Shown: in pieces, positions 1 through 7,503 of the stretch
Numbering within the stretch: position 1 is the first letter of the stretch
Layout of the letters: each line of letters starts with the position of its first letter
Source of the DNA: Promethearchaeota archaeon
GTDB lineage: Archaea > Asgardarchaeota > Lokiarchaeia > Sigyniarchaeales > SOKP01
DNA length: 13,212 bases
Direction of reading: 5' to 3'
Assembly (NCBI GenBank): GCA_016926735.1
Contig: JAFGOA010000139.1
Span: 1 to 13,212, forward strand
Position numbers and translations under genes: made by a program
Notes under the pieces: model-generated
Databases searched by the model: none
The model's input: the letters and a program-made list of their open reading frames with translations, nothing else
What the model was told of the DNA's origin: nothing

Positions 1-2152
1 AATCTAAATCAATCTGATACTCACTTATAGGTGTGGTAATTAAACCTGTTGGAGGATCTGGAGGTATAGTATCTGCTAAAGGTTCTATTCCATAGAGTAA
101 TATTCCATTATCGAATAAAGGTATGAATTTCGTTATCCGATTCTCATTTAGAGTTAAATTTTGAAAAGACCAATCATTTGTAGGATCCCACCCAGAAGGG
201 TCATTTGGGATTAAATTAAACAGAATTTCAGTTTGTACAAAACATTTATCCAATCCTCCAGGGAAGATCCTTGTACCAGATAAATCTACTATGATATAGT
301 ATATATCATTATAATAATGATATAACTCAGATAAGGAAGCATTAGCCCAAGGATCGACATAATTAAATGAAATCGAGAGATTATCTATTGTATAACCTGC
401 TGTAAATAATTCACTTAAATTTAGAAAATATCTATAAGATAATTTATCTTTAATCTGAGCTGGCCAACTACCATGATTTATAATATCAATATGAATAACT
501 GTACTTGTAGGTTGGTTTGAATTAATATTAGCATAACTATAATATTCTAAAAGGCGTTCTTCTTGAGGTTTAAACCATGCTATAGGAAAATTATTATGTA
601 TTTCACCACCAAATAATAGTGACATTTTAGCTAAAGCTCCGATTAAACCAGAATTATAATCCAAAGCTACCTTATTATAATTACTTGTTCTATCATCATT
701 AAAGTTATCATTTAAATCTGGACCAGATATTAATGCACCATAGAGAACATGTCTAGTTTCATTTGGATATTGATTATGATTATTTCCCCATGATCCATGA
801 GCAGTACTATGTTGAGGATTGATTGGAGGATTTATACCAAAACCACAAATATAGCTACTATTTCTTGGATTATTACCTAAAATATAATTTATTTGATTCT
901 GACCAAAATTGGAATATATAGAAATATTTAAAGGAGTACATAAAGGATCGTCACTCCATACAAAAGATAAATAGGCAGCATTTGCAGAAAATTTTAGAAA
1001 TCCTTCTCCAAAATTATTAAAATATGCTAAACCTCCTTCTGTATAGGATATGCCATTTATCCACCAATCTAAATTTCTCTCAATAGATTGAACAAAAGTT
1101 TGATTATGAGTCAATCTTGCAAGAAAGATTTGTGCCATATAATGCATATCATTCCATGAATGCGTAGATTTATATTTCCAATATTGTTCTTCTCCTTGTT
1201 CCTTTTCCCAATGATAAGATGATAATAGTGCATCATTTAGATAAATTGAATCATTGGTTTTGACATATAAAAGAACTCCTGCTGTCGATAATTCATCCCA
1301 AAATTCATTCTGTGTATTATATTTTGAGCCTACAATAGAATTATAATATATATCAGATTGAGCAGTCCAAGCTAGATTGTAAAGACCAATTGCATGGTTT
1401 AGACAAATATTTGCATATTCATAATTAGAATTATTAAAAATTATTGATGCAAATGTAAGAGCTGCTGCAGTTGCCCCGCATACAGAGGACCCTCCATGTG
1501 TAGAATTTACTTTAAAAGCAGGACGAGATAATAATTCTTCTATAATTTCTACTGGAGCCCATATTTGTTCATCTTGTATAATATCTCCAACTTGAAAATA
1601 AAATTCATTAGGAGTAGAATGACATTTTATAAAATAATCTGTAGCCCATTTAATTGTATTATTTAATTCCTCTAATTGATTAGTATCAAAAAATGCATTC
1701 TCATACTCATAAATAGCCCAAGCTAATGTAGCTACTGTTGAAGCGATAGGTAATCCAAATTTTACATTGCTACTACCATCATAAAATCCTCCTGTAAGAT
1801 CTAATCCAACATCTATTCCATCATCTAAACAAGAATCTCCTCGCCAAATAACAGGATTATTTTCATCTAAATCTCCTGACTTTTGTTGCTTATAGAAGTA
1901 TATAGCCTTTTGTAGAGCTGCATAATAATTATCCCAGTCTTCTTCAGGTGGGTTCCAATATGCATTTTTTAAGTATAAATCTTCATTCTCATAATTTTTA
2001 TATTCATTAAAAGGATTGATGGATAATAATTGATAAAAAACACCTAAGAAAGTAGATAAAAAAATAATTAAGACAAAAAAAAAAGCATATAAGAATCCCT
2101 TTGCTTTTATTGATTTTTTTTTTTTTAAAATTAGTTTTTTATATATTTTCAT
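1..2152 (-). CDS. Secreted or membrane-anchored GH9 endoglucanase-like protein (GH9-CBM3c-Fn3...), probably catalytically inactive; 3' end lies outside the window
   Basis: Manual translation from ATG 2152 is open for 717 codons to the window edge. N-terminus MKIYKKLILKKKKSIKAKG-FLYAFFFVLIIFLSTFLGVF (basic then hydrophobic). GH9 motifs: NYYAALQKAIYFYKQQKSG, WRGDS, DLTGGFYDGSSNVKFGLP, KWATDYFIKCH, QVGD, WDEL, QINYILGNNP, SYICGFG, TAHGSW, HVLYGALISGP, VALDYNSGL. CBM3c motifs: NHGSWPAQ, SYRYFLNLSE, YYIIVDLSGTRIFPGG, WDPTNDWSF, LYGIEP. Fn3-like start: DTIPPDPPTGLITTPISEYQIDLD. Confidence 0.93.
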   Translation of the reverse strand, partial: MKIYKKLILKKKKSIKAKGFLYAFFFVLIIFLSTFLGVFYQLLSINPFNEYKNYENEDLYLKNAYWNPPEEDWDNYYAALQKAIYFYKQQKSGDLDENNPVIWRGDSCLDDGIDVGLDLTGGFYDGSSNVKFGLPIASTVATLAWAIYEYENAFFDTNQLEELNNTIKWATDYFIKCHSTPNEFYFQVGDIIQDEQIWAPVEIIEELLSRPAFKVNSTHGGSSVCGATAAALTFASIIFNNSNYEYANICLNHAIGLYNLAWTAQSDIYYNSIVGSKYNTQNEFWDELSTAGVLLYVKTNDSIYLNDALLSSYHWEKEQGEEQYWKYKSTHSWNDMHYMAQIFLARLTHNQTFVQSIERNLDWWINGISYTEGGLAYFNNFGEGFLKFSANAAYLSFVWSDDPLCTPLNISIYSNFGQNQINYILGNNPRNSSYICGFGINPPINPQHSTAHGSWGNNHNQYPNETRHVLYGALISGPDLNDNFNDDRTSNYNKVALDYNSGLIGALAKMSLLFGGEIHNNFPIAWFKPQEERLLEYYSYANINSNQPTSTVIHIDIINHGSWPAQIKDKLSYRYFLNLSELFTAGYTIDNLSISFNYVDPWANASLSELYHYYNDIYYIIVDLSGTRIFPGGLDKCFVQTEILFNLIPNDPSGWDPTNDWSFQNLTLNENRITKFIPLFDNGILLYGIEPLADTIPPDPPTGLITTPISEYQIDLD

Positions 2153-2169
2153 AGTGGGATTATAACTGT

Positions 2170-2189
2170 AAATATATTTTATATAAAAT
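2170..2189 (-). promoter_or_regulatory. Putative archaeal TATA box for the GH9-like gene
   Basis: The minus strand reads TTTATATAAAATATATTT, with TTTATATA (2187-2180) 28-35 nt upstream of ATG 2152. The same 18-mer lies upstream of the GTPase gene. The AT-rich background limits confidence. Confidence 0.45.
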
Positions 2190-2582
2190 GGCTATAAGGA
2201 ATATTTTGAAAATTATTTAAGGAAAATTACTGATAAATTATTGCACAGTAAGGTTATTCTTTTTTTTGTTTTTCTCAAAAAATATTTTGCATATAGAATT
2301 TAAATTAATCTAGTTTTTAAACCTTTATTTTATAAGAGTTATGTATTAAAATTAGAGTGTTTAATATTTAAAATTTAAATGTGTTTTGAGAATTTTTGCT
2401 ATTGGAATTATTAGATAAAATTATTACGAAAAAATAGGATTAGATTTTAATTATTTATAGGAAATAATCTCTTTAAATCTAAAGGAGATATCTAGTTTAT
2501 AATTCATTGAAAAATTAGATTTCTAATATATAAGTATAAGAATAAAATTTTGAAATGAATTGATTATAAATGAGAAATTATT

Positions 2583-3908
2583 TTAATTTTGTAAAGAACT
2601 CATGTGATTAATTCTTTTTTGTAATAAACTACGTGTACCTATATCTTTTCTGTGAAATAATTTCCCTTTTATAAATCCAACTGCTTTTTCAGCTATATTT
2701 TCAGCTTCTTCTAATGAATTAGATATACCTAATACACCCATTGCCCTTGAACTAGTTGTAAAAATATTTTCTCCTTTTTTATAAACTGAAGCATAGTAGT
2801 ATCTGGCTCCGATTTTAGATATTTCTTTATCGTTGATTTCTACTAATTCATCTTTTTTTGGTGATATTGGATATCCTTCTGGAGCCAAATATTTACAAAC
2901 TGTAGCTTTTTTTTCAAATTCTATAGTAAAATTAAGATTTTCATTGATGATTCCTTTACAAATATCTAAGAAATTAGTTTTTAAAAGTGGAAGGATATTC
3001 ATTGCTTCAGGATCTCCTAATCTTGCATTAAATTCAATTATCTTTATTCCATTTGAAGTTTTTATGAATTGGCCATATAGAAATCCTTTATATTTAACAC
3101 CTGTTTCAATCCTAATTGCATTTACTACTTCCTTCATATCATTCAATGCATCATTGATATCATCTTTAGTAATAAATGGAAGTAAATGATCTTCTATAGA
3201 ATATGATCCCATTCCTCCTGTATTTGGACCGTCATCATTCTCAAAAGCTCGTTTATGATCTTGGACAAGAGGAGTTCCAATTACATTTTTTCCATCAACA
3301 AATGTTTGTAAAGTAAATTCTTCTCCATCAATTTTTTCTTCAAGTATAAAATTATCATTATTTTTAATGATTTCTTCACAATATGTTAAAATATCTTCTT
3401 TAGAGAAAAGATGATCTCCATATACCTTGACTCCTTTACCCCCTGTCAATCCATCTGGTTTTACAACTATTGTTTCTTCACCATTACTATCAATATATTC
3501 CTCAACACCATCTAATGAGTTAAATTTCTTAGATTTAATATTTGATTTTATATTGTATTTTTCCAATAATTCTCTCATAAAGATTTTTGAACCCTCTATT
3601 TTAGCTGCTTCAATTTTAGGACCAACACATGGAATTCCATTATCTTCAAGTCTATTTACTATTCCTTTACATAAAGGATCTTCAGGCCCAATAACCACGA
3701 AATCAATTTTATTATTTTTACAAAAATTTATTATTTCTTCAAAATCTGTCTCTGAATGAATTATTATTCTGTTATTACTCAATTCATCCAATCCAGCATT
3801 TTTAAAACTCATAAAGGCGTAAAGATCTACACCAGCTTTAGCAAGAGCTTCCCCAATAGCATGTTCTCTTGCTCCATGGCCTATAATTAAACAATTAGTC
3901 ATCTTCAT
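2583..3908 (-). CDS. purD: Phosphoribosylamine--glycine ligase (GAR synthetase), archaeal type
   Basis: Motifs LIIGHGAREHAI, VVIGPEDPL, AAKIEGSK, VVKPDGLTGGKGV, VQDHKRAFENDDGPNTGGMGSYS, IEFNARLGDPEA, CKYLAPEGYP, HRKDIG. The start may instead be the second Met (3902). Confidence 0.97.
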   Translation of the reverse strand: MKMTNCLIIGHGAREHAIGEALAKAGVDLYAFMSFKNAGLDELSNNRIIIHSETDFEEIINFCKNNKIDFVVIGPEDPLCKGIVNRLEDNGIPCVGPKIEAAKIEGSKIFMRELLEKYNIKSNIKSKKFNSLDGVEEYIDSNGEETIVVKPDGLTGGKGVKVYGDHLFSKEDILTYCEEIIKNNDNFILEEKIDGEEFTLQTFVDGKNVIGTPLVQDHKRAFENDDGPNTGGMGSYSIEDHLLPFITKDDINDALNDMKEVVNAIRIETGVKYKGFLYGQFIKTSNGIKIIEFNARLGDPEAMNILPLLKTNFLDICKGIINENLNFTIEFEKKATVCKYLAPEGYPISPKKDELVEINDKEISKIGARYYYASVYKKGENIFTTSSRAMGVLGISNSLEEAENIAEKAVGFIKGKLFHRKDIGTRSLLQKRINHMSSLQN

Positions 3909-4053
3909 TAATTAAAATGCATTAATATTATGATTATATTGATATTATAAATAAAATTCAGATTTTAATTTTATTTATTAACTCAAAATTAATTTTATAT
4001 ATTAAAATTTATAATAATTAGAAAAGAAGTCAAGAATTATTTATAAAAAGGTA

Positions 4054-4794
4054 CTAACTTAATTTTTGTTTAAAAATATCAATTACATTTGAAATCTCAT
4101 CTATTTGAAGAATAAATTCTTTAGGATTTAATTTTTTTATTTTATCAAAATCACTGATAATTTTCTTTAGCTCTTTAATCCATAAATCCATTAATATTTC
4201 TTTTTCTTTATCTTTTAAAAGTTGATTAATTTCTTCTATAATTACATCTTTTACTTTTTCAAGTAATTTATTTTCATTTATTGTGTAAGAAATCTTAAAA
4301 ACATCTTGTTGCCTTATAATTTCATCTATCTTTGAAGTATATGTATTTTTATAGTTTACAAATTCCTTATTATATTGATCTATTCTTTCAGTACTTATTT
4401 CATCTTGGACTTGAATTTTATCATTGATTTCGAGAAATTTTTTATTAAGTTTTTTGTCTAAATTTTTAAAATCATCATTAATACTAACCATTTTTTCATT
4501 GATATATTTATTTTGCTCAACTAATTCATTTTGTGTTTTTAAAAAATTGTCTAATCTTGTTTGTATACCTTCGATTTCTTTAGATAAATGAAGTTCTAAA
4601 TCTTTTAATTTCTTTTCAAAGTTAATAGATTTTTCAAAATTCTTTTCTAAATTATTCATTTTTTTTTCTTGTTCTGATAAATTATTTAAAATTTTATTAA
4701 AAGTATCACTAGTCTTATCTTTGTAATTAGAAAACTCTTTCTTGTATTTTTCAAGCTCTTCTTTTTCAATATAATTCGATTCCTTTTTATCCAG
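4054..4794 (-). CDS. Hypothetical coiled-coil protein (about 246 aa if it starts at CTG 4794; 201 aa from ATG 4659)
   Basis: The track ORF 4054..4659 stays open upstream until a TAA at 4812-4810, adding LDKKESNYIEKEELEKYKKEFSNYKDKTSDTFNKILNNLSEQEKK, which has the same K/E/N-rich helical composition. The CTG at 4794-4792 is one base after the GTPase stop and follows GAAGGGGA. The gene itself is well supported; the start is uncertain. Confidence 0.7.
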   Translation of the reverse strand: MDKKESNYIEKEELEKYKKEFSNYKDKTSDTFNKILNNLSEQEKKMNNLEKNFEKSINFEKKLKDLELHLSKEIEGIQTRLDNFLKTQNELVEQNKYINEKMVSINDDFKNLDKKLNKKFLEINDKIQVQDEISTERIDQYNKEFVNYKNTYTSKIDEIIRQQDVFKISYTINENKLLEKVKDVIIEEINQLLKDKEKEILMDLWIKELKKIISDFDKIKKLNPKEFILQIDEISNVIDIFKQKLS

Positions 4795-4795
4795 A

Positions 4796-5794
4796 TTAGT
4801 CCCCTTCTTTTAAAATATTTTTATTGTTAATAGTCTTTTCATTAGAGCGAAGATTATTAATATCCATTATTGTATTAAGTTTTAATTCGAAATCTTTTTT
4901 TAAGGTTTTTAATTCATTTAAGATTTTGTCGATTGAATCATTCAAAGATTGAATTGGTGTTCTTTTAAGACTAGATATCATATATTCTATAGAAAGAATA
5001 TTTTGGTTAAAATTTGTTTTAATTAAGGGTTTAACTAAATCAAGATCTTTAAATTTATCTTTCGATGGAATTTTTTCATCCACGATAAATTGTTCTTTTT
5101 CTATTTTCTTCTGTGAAACAACTAATGATTTTTTTTTTTGAATTTCACCTATATTTATTTTTGCAGAATTAACTATTATTGACTTAAGATCAGTTTCTGT
5201 TCGATTATTAATTTCTAAAAACAAATTACTTAAATTTTCTATTCCATTATTTTCGAATTCTTCCTTTTTTGTTTTTAGGAAATTATAAACAGCTATGTTC
5301 ATTAAATCTTCGATATTAATTTTTTTTAAAGCAGATATACATACTAAAGGATATTCTGTTATATTTATTTCTTTAATTATTTTATCTAATTTGTTCTCAT
5401 CAATATTAAGATCTAATTTATTTCCAATAAGAAAAACAATGCAATCTGTTGATTTTTTTAGTAAATTATCTAAGTAAATTTTTTTAATATCAGAAATAGT
5501 ATCTTTCGGTTTTGATAAATCAAATACAATAAATGCAATATCAACATTAGTAAAAAAAACTGGATTTAAAGGATTAAATGCTCTCTGACCCCCTAATTCC
5601 CATAAATTTACAGAGATCAATGAATTAGATTTCTTAATAAAATAATCTTTTTTTATAATATTTGAACCTATAGTAGGTATATATCTTTCATCAACTTCAC
5701 TATCTATAATGGATTGAATTAATGATGATTTCCCTACTCCACCATTTCCTAATAATACTAATTTTAAATTTATTTCATTTACTAATTCATTCAT
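4796..5794 (-). CDS. Rab/Ras-superfamily small GTPase with a C-terminal helical extension of about 160 aa
   Basis: G1 LKLVLLGNGGVGKSS, G2 YIPTIG, G3 variant LWELGGQ, G4 IGNKLD, G5 ISAL. No C-terminal Cys prenylation motif (the protein ends ILKEGD). Confidence 0.9.
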   Translation of the reverse strand: MNELVNEINLKLVLLGNGGVGKSSLIQSIIDSEVDERYIPTIGSNIIKKDYFIKKSNSLISVNLWELGGQRAFNPLNPVFFTNVDIAFIVFDLSKPKDTISDIKKIYLDNLLKKSTDCIVFLIGNKLDLNIDENKLDKIIKEINITEYPLVCISALKKINIEDLMNIAVYNFLKTKKEEFENNGIENLSNLFLEINNRTETDLKSIIVNSAKINIGEIQKKKSLVVSQKKIEKEQFIVDEKIPSKDKFKDLDLVKPLIKTNFNQNILSIEYMISSLKRTPIQSLNDSIDKILNELKTLKKDFELKLNTIMDINNLRSNEKTINNKNILKEGD

Positions 5795-5838
5795 GAGAAA
5801 TCATTAAAATTAACCAAAATTAAATTCTATATATTAGG

Positions 5839-5858
5839 AAATATATTTTATATAAATG
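5839..5858 (-). promoter_or_regulatory. Putative archaeal TATA box for the GTPase/coiled-coil gene pair
   Basis: The minus strand reads AAAAACATTTATATAAAATATATTT, with TTTATATA (5856-5849) about 55-62 nt upstream of ATG 5794 and preceded by an A-rich BRE-like stretch. Confidence 0.45.
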
Positions 5859-5898
5859 TTTTTGTAAAAGGCATTTGTAAAAACCAAGTAGTAAAGAA

Positions 5899-7395
5899 TT
5901 ATTTAATAGCATATATATGGAAAAACTTTTTTTCTAAATATTTAATAAAATATTCTGGATTTAATTCTCTACTTGTTATTTGAAATATTAAATCCTTTGG
6001 ATAATATATTTTTCCGTATTGATGTATATCTTCTCTTAAGTGATTCAAGAGACTAATAAAATCTCCATTAGAAATCTTTTTTGGAATTTCTGAATCTTTT
6101 TGTAGAATATGATTAAATATTTGAGAAGCATATAAATTACCTAAGCAATATGTTGGGAAATATCCAAAGGCGCCTCCTGACCAATGAACATCTTGTAATA
6201 TCCCATAAGAATCATTAGGAGGTCGTAAATTTAAAAGCTCTTCTGTTTTATTATTCCATAGTTCTGGAAGTTCTGAAATATTTATTTGATCTTTAAAAAT
6301 GAGCATTTCAATCTCAAATCTTAAAATTATATGCAATGAATATGTAATTTCATCTGCTTCTACTCTTATATAAGAAGGTTTTACTGAATTTATTGATCTA
6401 TAAAAATTTTCTTGAGAATAATGATTTAGATTTTTTGGAAATATTTTTTGTAATTTTGGATACCAAAAATGCCAAAATTCTTCACTTTTTCCTACCATGT
6501 TTTCCCACAGTCTTGATTGAGATTCATGGATACTCAGTGATGCTCCACCGGCTAAATTTGTGTTTTGAATCGCCTTCATAAATCCCATATCATATAAAGC
6601 ATGCCCACATTCATGTATTGTGCTGAATAAGCATGTAGGAAAATAGTTCTCCATAACTCTTGTAGTTATTCTAACATCATGAGGGGATAATGATACTGTA
6701 AAAGGGTGATCTGATTTATCCTGTCTTCCAATATTAAAATCAAAACCTAATGATTTAATCATGTTAATACTAAATTCCCATTGTTTATTTGGATCATATT
6801 TTTGTTCTAAAATCTTTTGATCAATTTCTTCACCTGAATTAATAATCTTTTTTAATATGTCTCTAATTTTACTTTTTAGAATAGTAAATAATTTAGAAAT
6901 CAATTCTGAGGACATTCCAGGTTCATATTCGTCTAATAATGAATCATATCTAGTTTTACCAATATTTAATCTATCTCCATATTCTTTCTGAAGGTTAATC
7001 ATCTTTTCTAAGAAAGGTTTAAATATTGTAAATTTATTTTTTTTTCTTGAATTTTTCCATGCGTTATAACCTAATATTGATGTTCTTGCTATATTTTTTA
7101 CTAAATCAATAGGTATTTTTATGGCTTTTTCATATTCTCTTTTTGCTTCTCGAAGAATTGCTGAATCAATTAAGTTTAGATTTTCTATCTTTTCACTTTC
7201 CTTTATAAGTTCTTTAGTCTTATCTGATGTCAATTTTTTATGATATATTTTGCTAACTAATTTGATAAGATTAGATTTATCATTAATTGCTCCATCTGGC
7301 ATATATACTTGTTGGTCCCATTGGAGTAAATTATTTAGGTAATTTATTTTTTTTAATTCTGAGAATCTTTTTCTTAGCTTGTTTAAATTACTCAT
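5899..7395 (-). CDS. Carboxypeptidase, family M32 (Taq/Pfu carboxypeptidase-like)
   Basis: Motifs LLQWDQQVYMP, YDSLLDEYEPG, GRQDKSDHPF, DVRITTR, HECGH (HExxH), HESQSRLWEN, IRVEADE, LQDVHW, GYFPTY. ATG 7395 is preferred over TTG 7404 from the track. Confidence 0.96.
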   Translation of the reverse strand: MSNLNKLRKRFSELKKINYLNNLLQWDQQVYMPDGAINDKSNLIKLVSKIYHKKLTSDKTKELIKESEKIENLNLIDSAILREAKREYEKAIKIPIDLVKNIARTSILGYNAWKNSRKKNKFTIFKPFLEKMINLQKEYGDRLNIGKTRYDSLLDEYEPGMSSELISKLFTILKSKIRDILKKIINSGEEIDQKILEQKYDPNKQWEFSINMIKSLGFDFNIGRQDKSDHPFTVSLSPHDVRITTRVMENYFPTCLFSTIHECGHALYDMGFMKAIQNTNLAGGASLSIHESQSRLWENMVGKSEEFWHFWYPKLQKIFPKNLNHYSQENFYRSINSVKPSYIRVEADEITYSLHIILRFEIEMLIFKDQINISELPELWNNKTEELLNLRPPNDSYGILQDVHWSGGAFGYFPTYCLGNLYASQIFNHILQKDSEIPKKISNGDFISLLNHLREDIHQYGKIYYPKDLIFQITSRELNPEYFIKYLEKKFFHIYAIK

Positions 7396-7503
7396 TTTTA
7401 ACAATTCTATATTTATTAATAATCCCTTTTACGTAAAATGTATATTTAAGATAATAAATTAGGTTATTTTTATTTTTCAAAGTAAATATCTTATTTTGTT
7501 ATT

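Noticed and set aside
1-2152. Calling the GH9 gene either a pseudogene or a functional cellulase
   Set aside because: No stop or frameshift in 717 codons and preserved core motifs argue against a pseudogene; loss of the catalytic Asp and Glu argues against a normal cellulase.
2467-2489. Imperfect hairpin ATCTCTTTA-AATC-TAAAGGAGAT downstream of purD
   Set aside because: Weak, bulged, AT-rich stem. Not enough to call a terminator or ncRNA, and archaeal termination does not generally need hairpins.
2153-2582. Long intergenic gap as a possible ncRNA, CRISPR array or mobile-element scar
   Set aside because: No GC-enriched structured segment, spaced direct repeats, terminal inverted repeats or credible ORF was seen.
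2833-3759. Plus-strand ORFs 2833..3189 and 3427..3759
   Set aside because: Antisense shadows of purD with S/F/I-rich composition and no motifs.
4808-4814. T-TTA-AAA slippery heptamer just before the GTPase stop, suggesting a -1 frameshift fusion to the coiled-coil gene
   Set aside because: The coiled-coil ORF is in the +1 frame. The -1 frame ends at a TAA after about 40 codons, and such heptamers are common at this AT content.
5295-6581. Plus-strand ORFs 5295..5477 and 6393..6581
   Set aside because: Short ORFs lying wholly antisense to the GTPase and M32 peptidase genes.
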